Assembly (NCBI GenBank): GCA_964106645.2
Contig: OZ067044.1
From: Podarcis pityusensis
Lineage: Eukaryota
DNA: 64,000 nucleotides
Strand: one strand, 5' to 3'
Position 1 is the first letter of the stretch; each line of letters opens with the position of its first letter. The position numbers and the translations under genes are program-made. Of the stretch, positions 23,698 through 35,288 are shown in pieces. The notes under the pieces were generated by a model. It saw nothing but the letters and a program-made list of their open reading frames with translations, had not been told where the DNA came from and made no database searches.

Positions 23698-26392
23698 GAT
23701 GGGGATATTCAGTGCTACACTTGTGCAGATTTACTCTCTCCACCAAATGCAGTGCTGGGAGGGGGGTGCTTGGGGACAAACACCTCTCGTAAAAAAAGAG
23801 GAGCCCACTCTCACTTGCCACCCATTTCTGAACATATGCTTTTTTAATATAAATAATTTTTATTAATTTTCTTTTCTCAAAACAAATATCCAATATTATT
23901 GCTAAACATACATTTTCCAATTTTCCCCCTTCCTGTTGACTTCCCTCAACTACCATTTCTGGTTTATTACGTCAGATGATACATTCTGCTGTTTATACAC
24001 AATACTATATACTTTGCCCTTTCTGTCCCTCCTGCCATTTTGTTGTGGTGTCTCTACTCATCTCTGCTACACCTTGTATTCTGGGATGAGCAGTGTCATT
24101 GTGGACTCTGAAATTATCCATCAGGAATTTGCACTTTTTGCTTTGTAGCAGTCTAAATAACCTTTGGAAACGAGCTTCTAGTTGAGACTCCCCGCCCAGC
24201 TCTAATTTCTATGGTTACTGTCAATGGCACATCCTTCAGTTTTTTTATTGCTTTAAAACAAAAAAACAAAAACCCAGAAGTGGCTAGGGAGGGGAGCTTC
24301 ATGCTGCTTACAGTGACGTGAGGCTTTTTAATGCAACTTTCCACCATCTGCACTTCTTGATATGACCTGGAACAACACCACATCATGTTGCATTGTGTCA
24401 CCCCTTCTCCCTCAAGGTATTCTGGGAACTGCAGCCAGCGGAAAGTGGCATGAGAGTCTCTCCACAGCTTCCTATGAGCCGCACTCCCTTAAATGCTTTC
24501 AGAACAAGACTATGTTACATCACAACAGTCCCAATACATTCCCAAGAAATATGAGTGGACTTTTAGAGAAAGTTATAAAAGCAAAGAGGAGGGGAGTGGA
24601 AAACCCTTGACTACTTAATGAAATTAAGTAAGGTAAGCAGCATGCTCCCCTGAAAAAACTCCCTCCATTATCTTTTTTTTTTTTGGGGGGGGGGAGCCCT
24701 GTTTTGCCCTCACCTATCTATTGTATGATTGAAAAACAATTGGCTAAAACGTTCGTCTATACTGAATTTTAGAGACATTGTGGGTTATCTTTACCTGTCC
24801 TTGAGTTGGTACGGAGGAAACACACACAAACCATGTTTTAAATTTTGCAGCATCCAAAGCCCCAAAATAAAACAACGAAGTTGAATAAGTCTAAACTCAT
24901 TACAAAAGAACTTCATTTTTGATCATTTGAGATGCATTTTAACTGATCCTCAAGGAATCGAAAGACAGCATTATTTACCTGCATGAGACTAATATACTGT
25001 GATAAATCATACTGTGCACATTCCCCCCCTTGCACAGCTGTAAACCTATCTGCATGTTCATTAACTTCTCAATGTCTCTCTTTATTTATTAGTTTTGATT
25101 GCTGGCTTTCCATGAACAATTAATTCCCAGCTCCCGGATCATAAATTTCAATTGTGTTTAGGCATCCTTGGATGTTTAAAAATATATATAATGTAAGTTT
25201 CTAATGGATTATATTTAAATAACCTTGCAATGTTATTTACATAAAATAATGATAATGGGTCTTATAGGGGGAGCATAGGCTGCTGGTGGGGGCTCCAGTG
25301 GGAGGCCAGAGGTATGAACGATGCTCATGTCACTGGTATTTGAACAAGCCACTTAGCCATCTATGAGCTTCATTTATTCTTCCCATATTAACATGGATAA
25401 TCAACATTCCTTGTCTCACTAAGGCATTGTTCCAGTGCTTGTTATGTCATGCATTGGGAACTCTTAAAAGTAGCAATATCCTACATTCCAACTATTTTGG
25501 ATTGGGGATAGTTGTGGATAGTCCCTATATTCTTGTGGTTCTTGTCCCTGGTAAATTCCCTCCCCCCATCTAAAATGTCTCTCCTCTGATAATTGCATGA
25601 GTAACATCTTATCTAATTTGGCTCTTTGTCTACAGCAGTCTGCACATAAATATACTAACCATACAAGAGTTTTACTGAGCCTATTTAATTCAATGGGACT
25701 CTTACTCTTTGAGTTGGCTACAATCCTAGGCCCAAGGGGAAAAAGTCCCATTGAATTCAGTGTAACTTACTTTTGAGCTTTGATTGATTGATTGATTGTG
25801 CTTTGGCTTGGCACACCAGTCAAACATTGTCAGTTGATTGTAGCTATTTGATCATGGTCAAATATTGTGGGAGTGTCCTTGAGTCGACACTCTTGTATCC
25901 TTGTGTCTTCTAAATTTTGTTATAGTGTCATTTGTTGGCAAGGGCAGTGAGGTGGGAAGTTCATCCCCAAGCCTGTAGGAGGCAGGAACAAACCTAGGAA
26001 CACAGAAAAGCTTCTTGAACTGACTACCTGAATGCAGTTCTTGGTATCAAAGATCACTGCTTAGCAAGAGAGGTGGGGGGATGGAACTGCCTGGAGGGGG
26101 ATCCCTTGCTCTCCTGGCTTCTGAACACCATTTATCACTGCCAGTTATTGACAGGAAGACGAGAAAGGCAGCCAGGAGCTCAGCACTGTGTGGCACAGGA
26201 GAAGAGTGAATCTAATATGTCCGACACTGTTCCTATTTCACACCAACCTTCCCACTCCCTTGCCCCTTCCCATTTTAGTAAATGGCACTGGTGTGCACTG
26301 TTTTGAAACTGGGAGATCAAGGCAGCCTATTGTGTAGCAGAGTGATATACATTTGGGTTATCAACTGGAACATGCATGGTCACTTGTTGAAT

Positions 26393-26665
26393 AGGGCTGC
26401 ATTCACACAACACATTATTTGACTTTCCTAACATTTCCCTGTCAATTTCCACATTGTATTTGGGTTTTCACATGGCATAAACACCACTTCCAGAAAAATA
26501 GGGGAATACAGCACAAGTTTACCACTGGTTTCCAAGTTCTTTGCAAACAGATTTTATTTCTGGAAGCAAATAACCTGGGAATGAGCACTCAACTTGTGCT
26601 ACATCCTGCAAAAGTGGTGTTTACATTGTGTGAAAGCTGAAATATAATATGGAAATTAACAGGGG
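26393..26665. mobile_element. Degenerate palindromic MITE (PIF/Harbinger-like start GGCTGCATTCACAC)
   Basis: TTTCCACATTGTATTT..TTTTCACA..TAAACACCACTT is mirrored by AAGTGGTGTTTA..TGTGAAA..AAATATAATATGGAAA. Confidence 0.5.
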
Positions 26666-27254
26666 GGGGGGGAGAGAGAAAGAAAGAAAGAAAGAAAAAT
26701 GAAATGAAATAAACTGCTCTGTAAATACAAAATTAATATGCCAGATTTGGTTTTTAATGTTGCTATGGTTTTGCTGTTTTATCTGTCCTGTGATTTGATG
26801 CCAATGGCATTGTTGTTATGTTTTTATCTTGCTTTAATCTGCCCTTCATCGCTTGTTGATAAAGGGCAACTTAAAATATTCTTAAATAAATAAATGCTGG
26901 AGTAGGAATAGGGCCAGAGAGACTCAGTTTCAAATGCTCACCCAGTCACAAAGCTCATTAGGTCACATACTCAGCTTGTCTGTCAGGATGAAATGGTGGG
27001 GTGAACTATGTACATCACCCCAAGCTCCCTGGGGGGGGGGAAAGAAAAATAACAATGTAACAAAACAGAGATCTCATTACAATTTTTAATACTAATGTCA
27101 TTTCCCTCCACAATTGCAAGTATCGTTTTTTGAAAAAGCATGAGTATCAACACTATAAAACATAGTCTATTTTGAGATGTTCATAATGTTAGAACCATAG
27201 GGACAGATGGAACTGTCACATCTGGGCCATCTAGCTCTCAGTATTTTGCGTGGT

Positions 27255-28030
27255 CAGACCCAGAGACCTTCCCACTAAATAAAGAAACATTTGACTCAAA
27301 TTTTAGTTTTGGTTTTTGGCAGAAATTAGGCCACAACTTTATTGATTACAGAAAGTGAGTGGTTGCATAGGCTCTGGTTTGACTAGCTCCCTGCACCCTT
27401 GCAGGTAGCGCTGATCCAGAGCTCTATCATAGGTCAGCCAAGAGTGAATACCTGAAGTAGGCGGAAAGCCCGGGAATGGACTATGTCCACTCCCTGGATG
27501 CTCCCCTGGACTCGGGCATGGGCACAACCCCCACTCAGGGGTTGATCAAACCAAGTTGAGTCCCTGGATTCCTTTAACGGAACACCCTTCACATAGGGAT
27601 GGCGACACCGTTCCCCCATCCCTATCACCTGAACCAGTGCCTATCTGCAACCTTACAAGTTGTGATGATTTGCTACGCAGCAGGCAAAACCCAAATGGCA
27701 ACTGCCAATCAGCCAAGTGGGGGAAATTCCTGCTGTGCCCCTATCCCAACGACAGACGATACACGATGGCATAGCAAGGTCAATCGCAAAATACCCTAAA
27801 TATAGGGAGAGGTGGACGGGTGTTCCAATGCACGAGCCAAAAGAGGAAGCTCTGGGTCATGTGCATAGGCATATATAGGTCCCTTGATCCGTTTAGACTG
27901 CACCCCATTGGCCAGATTAAATCCAGCAACGAGGGACCTACCAATCGGGTGTTGTGGCTTGTCCAATATTCCCACCCACAACACAGGAGGTCAGTCTCCA
28001 GGTCTCACTGCAAAACGTGCCCTCTTTGAG
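27255..28030 (-). mobile_element. Same AATAAAGTTGTGGCC repeat family, - strand, longer copy
   Basis: GGCAGAAATTAGGCCACAACTTTATTGATTACAGAA at ~27318-27353 and GATTCCTTTAACGGAA at ~27567, both reverse-complement matches to the 10380-11110 copy. Confidence 0.6.
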
Positions 28031-28044
28031 GGAGGACACGCTTT

Positions 28045-28178
28045 CTACACTGTACGGCATCAGCTCCCAGAGTTGTAAAGAGGAAAGTTGCATTACCCAG
28101 GCCTACCTGATTACATCAGATATAGAACCTGGGACCTTCCGCATGTAAACATGTGCTCTGCTCCTGAGGTATGGCTGC
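28045..28178 (-). mobile_element. Degenerate tRNA-derived squamate SINE (Squam3-like) head
   Basis: Reverse complement reads GCCATACCTCAGGAGCAGAGCACATGTTTACATGCGGAAGGTCCCAGGTTC, an A/B-box tRNA-like head. Confidence 0.6.
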
Positions 28179-29974
28179 TTCTCATGACAGTTTGCTTTAA
28201 TGATATTCAACAATTAATTCAGAGCATTTGATCATAATTCAACCAAATATTTTTGGCTGGGTAGGGGTCTAGGCCTAATTGCACCACACAACCATCCTCA
28301 GTAACCACACCTACAGTTCCTGGAATTCCTTGCTCAAGTAATTGCAAAAAGGTGGGGAAGGGGCTTTAATAAGATTCACAAATTCTACCCTCGACTCCTC
28401 CAAGTCCAGTCACATATTCTTTCTAAAAATGATAGTTAAAGGGGGCTTCCTGTAAATTGAGCAGTATTTGGATTTCTGGATGCTTTGGTGGGGATGTTCA
28501 AGTCAAAAGGATGTGTTAGCTGCACCCCAGCAGATGATACAACCTATGTCCCCACCCTCCTGCACCCCCCCACCTTTTGTTGTTGTTGCTGTCGGCACGA
28601 TTCTGCATGAAGGCCTTCTACAAGTGCATATCAATATGCGGCAGATGCCAGTCAAGAGAAAAATGTTTCTGCCACATGTGACTGTGATGGGGCCATTGGG
28701 ATCAGGAGTAGTCCACTTGGTGCCATCAAGAGTTGTGCATTTTTTCAGTGTTGAGGCAGAGTGTTCGTATGTTGAAATGCACCACGTCCTTTTCCATCAC
28801 GTCCTTTTCCATCACAGGATTTATGCAACTAAAGACAATCTTGATAATATCGGGAAAAGGGAAACGGATTCTGCATTGCATTCTACTGCAGCCTGAGTGT
28901 ACTGAAAGGGAATTGCATTAAGGTATCTTTATTTAATTCTTTTATTTATTCTCCACAGTGTCCTGGGTTATGATGAACTATTTTGTATCCATTTAAAGTG
29001 GATACAACACATTAAATTTAGAAAAGATGCCCATTGCAAGCTCCTGCCTTAATATGAGACCTTTGTTATCAGCTTAACCCATTTGGTAAATGTAACTGAT
29101 GTTAAACCTATGAAAGATAGCAACAATGGAAAGTAAGACATTGTATATCAGTTTATTATATCACAGAATTCAGTCTGTAACAAATTCTCTAAACCACACA
29201 ATCTTTCAGCTTTGCAATCCTTCATATTCATCTCTGTTGCTATTTTATGACTTACTGAGCACTTCAAATTCCTCTATGTCCTGCAATACTTTTTTTATAT
29301 AGAAGAAAAGATTACTGAAGGGCTTTATCACTAACCAAATCAAATTCAAAAGCTGAGTTATCATTCCCATAAGTTAGCAAGTTGCTCTTCCGTAGTTTAG
29401 AGACATTTATTTCATTTTTCGAGGATTGCACTCTCCCCAGTCACTTTTCAATTATATCAAGTTCTGAAGGACTGAAAATGTCCACTTATGAATGAAATGG
29501 AAATTTTAATCAGACATCTTTTTCTTCCCTTAAAGAGCTTGAATTAAGTGGCATGTTGCTTTTGAAAATATTGATGGTGCTCTTACTTTTTTTTTAATAA
29601 TAATAATAATAATAATAATACTACTACATGGTCATTTTGGTATAATGTCACTTTGACATGAAAAGATAATAGACGTTCTGAAATTTTAAAAGGATGATTT
29701 GAGCACTTTCTTATACTTTTGACAACCAGTGATCTGATCTTACTCATTCTCATAATTTTCTTATGTCATGTTTACTTATGTCATGTCTGATTCAGGAAGT
29801 TTGTTTGCTTCTGTTTTTTTTTTTTTTAACAACAGTTGCCATCCAAGAAACTTACCAGGTGGGTCAGTAGTATTGCTTCCATTTTACAGATTAATGTTGA
29901 GGCTGAAAAGTAATGAACACAGGAAGCGCCTTATACTGACTAATACCTTTGGTCCTTCTATCTGAGCACTGTCT

Positions 29975-30147
29975 GACATTTGTCTGATGAAAATAGGAAT
30001 GTCCTATTCCATACCCTTCAACATTTCTCCCATGAAAATAGGGACGTCCTAAGGAAAAGTGGGACATTCCAGGATCAAATCAGAAACTGAGACTGCTTCT
30101 GTAAATTCAGGACTGTCCCTGGAAAAAATAGGGGCACTTGGAGGGTC
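29975..30147 (-). mobile_element. Second copy of the 9209-9560 repeat, without the insertion
   Basis: GGGCACTTGGAGGGTC, CCAGGATCAAATCA and GAAAATAGGGAC.TCC match the reverse complement of 9209-9340. Confidence 0.7.
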
Positions 30148-30974
30148 CTTACCATGAGACTTCTTTCTGCTATGCATATTAAGATCCCTGTAGCACAGTA
30201 CTTTCGCCCTGCTTGTTATGAACTTTGCTCTAAAATGAAGACTTTTCTTCTTTTCTTTTCTAGAAGCAGGTTGCAAAACAATTCTCATTAGGCTCATGTG
30301 GAAAATAAAGAATTAAAAAAGATTGGCACCTTGCAGTTTGTGTGCAAAGGCAGTTATAATGAGAGGTAATTTTGTCTAGCTAACTGATGTCTGCATTCTA
30401 GCTGGAAACGAAGCCACTTAGTTCGTAAAAGTAGCAGCCATCAATTACTGATGTATAAATAGTCCAAAGACTTTAGGGGATGGATATATATATATATATA
30501 TATGATTATTTCCCATTCATTAGCATTAGCCAGAAGTCATTAATTTTAATATGTATTTGGGTGATCATATTTAAATTGTAAATAATTCTACAGGCTCCCA
30601 TTTTTTCCAGCTGTATTTTTAGCATATTTATGAGACTATTTCGTAACAAGATGCAGCAGGAGACACATTGCTGAGGGTATCTTCACATTCTATAAACTTT
30701 GCTCTCATATTGCTCTGGTTGCACTTTAGCACCAAGTAGCATGGCATGAGAAGAAGCCCCTGTGAAAAATTAAACAACTGCATATTGAAGCTGTTTTATC
30801 TCAATATGCTCTCCTGCAGATACCTTTAGGACAATTTATTTGCAGACCAACGTGGACAAGTATTAAAGCAACAGTAGTAACATAAACAATAACAGTCATA
30901 ATTAATTTTCAGCAGTAGATTATGCCATAATATTTCCTGTAGAGTATTTATGATCACACTGTGTGATTTCAGGA

Positions 30975-31470
30975 CAGCGTGGTACAGGGTGTCCAGCTTC
31001 CCCTCCCCACCATCACTGAGCAGGAATTTGTGCCTTTAGCAGCTGTAAGAGATTCGGCAGGCAGCTGCTCCGGCACCCGGAGCGGCAGGGACGGGGTGAG
31101 CCGCCCGGGGTGGGGGCCACCATGGCAATCTGTGCGTGGGTGCTGCAGCGGCGATCTGTCCACAGGGGCGCCACAGCGATCCGCACATGGGGGCACCACA
31201 TGGGGTGCCATGGCGATCCACCTAGGGGGGGCGGTGTGGCGAGCTGCCCACAGAGTCTGCCTGGCAGACGCAAGCCACACGCTGCCGTGTCGGGCAGAGC
31301 GGGGCCCCGAGCCACCGTGTCACTCCCAGGAGAGACATGTGGCTCTGGCGCGCTGCAGGCCAGGCCCCACAGTAAGTGCCGACCCCTGCAGTGTGCAATT
31401 TTGTCATCCCCCTCAAGGATAACACCTGGGGCAGACCGCACCCTCCGCACCCCCTTCCTACGCTCCTGTT
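30975..31470. mobile_element. GC/CpG-rich non-autonomous element with internal degenerate tandem units
   Basis: Abrupt GC-rich island with repeated GCGATC(C/T)...GGGG units (31125-31235). Its end CCGCACCCCCTTCCTACGC resembles the reverse complement of 40714-40740. Confidence 0.5.
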
Positions 31471-31574
31471 TGCAGGTCGGGACAATTCACACAGAGACAA
31501 ACCTAATCAAGTATTAGAGTAACAGCAGTGACATAAACACTATTTTTGTATAGTATCTGTGATCTCTGTAGGGT

Positions 31575-31915
31575 TGCCAGTTTGATGGCCATCCAACCTC
31601 TGTTTAAATACCTCAATTGAAGGAGAATTCACCACATCCCAAGGAAGTCCATTCCATTGTCAAACAGCTCTTACTGTCAGAAAGTTATTCCTGGTGTTTA
31701 GCTGGAATCTCCTTTCTTGTAACTTGAAGCCATTAGTTTGGGTCCTGCCCCCCAGAGAAGGAGAAAACAAGATTACTCCATCTTCAGTGTGACAGCCCTT
31801 GAAATACCTAAAGATTACTATCATAGCTCTTCTCAGTCTCCTCTTTTCCAGGCTAAACATACCCAGCTCCCTCAACTGTTCTTCATAGGGCTTGGTTTCC
31901 AGACCTTAGATCATC
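31575..31915 (-). mobile_element. CR1 LINE 3' fragment
   Basis: ORF 31660-31875 (LRELGMFSLEKRRLR...RT..NGFKLQE.RF.L..R.NFLTVRAV) is the CR1 ORF2 C-terminus. Confidence 0.9.
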
Positions 31916-33035
31916 TTTATCATCTAAAGAGATTTGTTTCATTTGAGTAGGTCACCTATACATTAGACCCCCACATACAATTTTGTGCCCCTGGGGAATC
32001 TTTCTTATGGCTTGATATTGAGCCAGTCTTCATTTGTGCATTCTCCTTTCCTATCTTCTGGTACAGGTGGACAAATAAGGGAAGTCAGGATGTAACAATC
32101 CTTGTCCTGTTTTTTTTGACATTTTCTTCACTGACATTTTCCCACCCATCTGCAAAGAGGAATATTCTGACCCTCACAAGAAGTCTCTGAGGTAAGTTAG
32201 CACAATCTAAGACTTGAACATGTCTTTTGGCAGAACATCTGTAATGGCGAGGAAATGCATGAACAGCTGCCAACAAAGGTGGGACCAGCAGTTGTCATGA
32301 ACGGCACCTCCATATAACTCATCCCTACTTATGAGGCTAACTTCAAAACTTCAAAACCCCACAGTCTCTGACCTTTCCATCCGAAATATCCCCTGATAAC
32401 CTTGGCTTCTATTCATTCTAGTATGGCATGGATTTCTCTACATAGCTGAAAGAGGAGAAGGAATATTTATATATTAATTTGAGGATGCTTTGCTTTTATG
32501 TGCTGTTGAAGTTTCCATTCAAAATATTTACAGAGATGCAGTGGCATAAACAGAAATGCCCCCCATACCTTGAGGCTTTACAGATAATCAAATGCTCCTT
32601 CAATACAAAGTTCTGCTCCTAGGAAAAAAAGCATTAATATTACATGTAGAGCTTACAGATACAATTTACATCAAAGTACCTCACATCCTGCAAGAAGTCT
32701 TAGATGCAGGAAGGTCTGAAGTAAATATATGTTGGAAACTTATCTCCAATAATAATCATTTCAAAGAAATAACCTGCTTATGAATGCAGCTTTGTGTGGC
32801 AGTATTTGGTATTCAGCAAGCAGGCTCACTGTCACCCTTGCCAATGCTGACTGATAAACATTCAAAGAAGCCTAGAAGAATATTGACAAACCCTCAACTT
32901 GTGTATGTATTAAAGATAAGGATGCCAAAATTATATTTGCTTATACTCTTGCAGCTTGAGCTACGACACAGTTAAGTATCTGGATTTTAGCCAATACTCT
33001 GCCATTGGTTTCACTTTCAACAGAACAAGAGTAGC

Positions 33036-33647
33036 GTAATGGCCAAGAGACAGGGGGTCAAAATTTGCCATGGCCATGGCCTACCATTGGTGGCTGTGGT
33101 GATCACACAGGGTCCCTGGACATTTAACGGTCTATTGATCCCTGTGCCACCACTGTGCTCGCTTTCCCGCTGCCACCAACCTGCTACTCTCGGGTACATA
33201 CTGAGTCTAGACAGTTGTTAAAATTGAACCAAATAAACAAGTTTATTTTATAAGTATTAACAAGTTCATGGTTTCTCAGATAATATTCTTGTCAGTTTCT
33301 TAACTTTAGTTTCTTTACCAGCCTATACCTTCCTAATACTTTCTGACTGATTATCTCAACTGTTTGACTGACTCCTCTTAACAGATTCTCTCACTCTCTC
33401 ACATCAGACTAGCCCAGCCCACAGACTTATCCTCTCTGTCTCTTTTCTAACTCCAGANNNNNNNNNNNNNNNNNNNNNNNNNNNNNNNNNNNNNNNNNNN
33501 NNNNNNNNNNNNNNNNNNNNNNNNNNNNNNNNNNNNNNNNNNNNNNNNNNNNNNNNNNNNNNNNNNNNNNNNNNNNNNNNNNNNNCCATTGGTTAGTCAT
33601 TTTACAATTAGTTAACCCTTTCCTTATGAACCCAGTATGATGTCACA
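33036..33647 (-). mobile_element. Probable solo LTR spanning the assembly gap
   Basis: Ends ...TGTCACA (TG start on the - strand), TTTATT poly(A) signal and a CCAAT box near 33586. Interior missing; boundaries uncertain. Confidence 0.35.
33458..33585. other. Assembly gap (128 N)
   Basis: Run of N. Confidence 1.
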
Positions 33648-33724
33648 CACCTAGGAGGGCAAACACCACGGTGGCCTTGGACAAACCAGCATCTAGTAGC
33701 CTCCTTACATTTGCAACAAGGGAA

Positions 33725-34050
33725 TGTCAGGCGCCAGGGAATCTGATCCCCCCATGGTAGGCTGCCAGCGATAGATAACAAGGAAAGTTCTTGCCAAGTA
33801 TTTTATTCAATATTCACAGAGAGAGGCTTAGAAAAGATGCCTCTTGTAGTAATGGCATTGCTCCGAGTGAAGCCCCACCCCCTCCACCTCTCCTATTATA
33901 CGTCATCCCTATGTTGGCTGATCTGTGCTTTCTGCTCTTCTACTTTCAATGCCCGCTGGGTTCTGGGTGTGTGCGTGTGTGTCTGGAATGCTTTCTAAAG
34001 AGACTGAGTCTGTCACCTGTCTCTCCCCTGGTGCTTCTTCTTGTTCCTGC
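33725..34050 (-). mobile_element. Partial LTR-like copy of the 5565-6054 family
   Basis: Colinear similarity with ~5565-5910, starting TGTCAGG. Confidence 0.6.
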
Positions 34051-34067
34051 TTTTCAGGCCAAGGCAG

Positions 34068-34135
34068 TTGATGTTTGTCCACAAACAGCTTTCTGGGTCA
34101 TGTGGCCTCCATGACTAAACCGCTTTTGGTGCAGA
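34068..34135 (-). mobile_element. Sauria SINE internal fragment
   Basis: GTTTGTCCACAAACAGCTTTCTGGGTCATGTGGCC..CATGACTAAACCGCTT matches 18531-18590. Confidence 0.75.
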
Positions 34136-35027
34136 ACTAACTGAATTCAATCAGCTTAAAATGTTTTCAATCATCTCATCTTACAAGGGTTTATTATTGT
34201 TGTTATTTTAGGTTTCAGCTAGGGATGCATGCTTTTTTAATTTTTTTATTGAATTTCAGAGGTTTTAACAAATTAACTTGAACTTCAGCACATACTTCCC
34301 TTAACGTTTTGACTTCCCATCCTTACCTCCATGATGGTTTTATTCCCACCTTTCTTCTACTGTATTATATACCATGCTTTTATGTATTACATATTACATC
34401 TATTACGATGCAATTATTTTTACATTTCCCTTCCACTGCTCATATTTCAAATCCTGCCTATGATTGCATTTGATTACAATACTTTCCCAGGTGATCCAAA
34501 AAGGGATGCCTGTTTTCAACCTCAAACTTAGTATTCATTCAAGCTTCAGTAGGAGCAGAGACAGATAGACTGATTGGAAGCTTTAAGGAACAAAGCTGAA
34601 ATGCCCAGGAGTTATTCAGTGAAGGGAGGTGAACAACTGGCAAAGCTAAACAGTTAGTATGATTGGCTGCTGAATTTGCTTATTAAACTGATTCATGTGA
34701 AATTTGTGTTTGTTAAGAAAAAGAACTCAGAACCCAGTAGGTTACAGAGCAATGGTTTGCAGAGCAAAAGAATTCTACTTAGCTGAGTAAGAAAAAAGAA
34801 AAAAAGGATATGTTTCAGTAAAAGTTTAGCATATTTCAGCCCCTCTGGTTTTAATAAGAGATATAAGTTTATTATGAACCAAGGTGACTTAAAATCCTGA
34901 ACTTTGTTTTGATCATTCACAATAATATGTGCATATCCTTTATGTTTTCAGGAGTCATTTTGCTCAGCACAAAACATAATGTGGTTCATTCACTAATATG
35001 AACTTTGGATGATTGCTCTGATTCAGC

Positions 35028-35288
35028 TAGGGTTGTATAGATTCAGTCAATTATGGTTTCTCTCTGTTTTTCATTTTTCTAATCTTATGTTCAGTTTGCC
35101 TGATTTTTCAGCAGTATATGTATGCATTTTTGAACACATTTTTATGGTTGGAGAACTGCTTCACTAAATTAGTGTGAAGCAGTGAGAATTTCGAAGCATA
35201 TCATTTAGTTTGTGTATTGTTCCAGGACATGCAGATTAGGTAGCTTGTCAATAAAAGCAAACCAAACTGAATGTCTCCTCCATCCCTC
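35028..35288 (-). repeat. Interspersed repeat family (other copies ~51003-51270 and ~3847-3955, + strand)
   Basis: The reverse complement AGGGATGGAGGAG..ATTCAGTTTG..TT matches 51003-51035; GAATTTTGCAAT...CAGCCAA is shared by ~3926 and ~51119. Confidence 0.5.

Noticed and set aside
30969-31517. Six overlapping ORFs of 61-147 aa
   Set aside because: Stop codons are scarce because of high GC in a repeat; no protein motifs.
33404-33589. ORF made mostly of X residues
   Set aside because: Artefact of the N gap.
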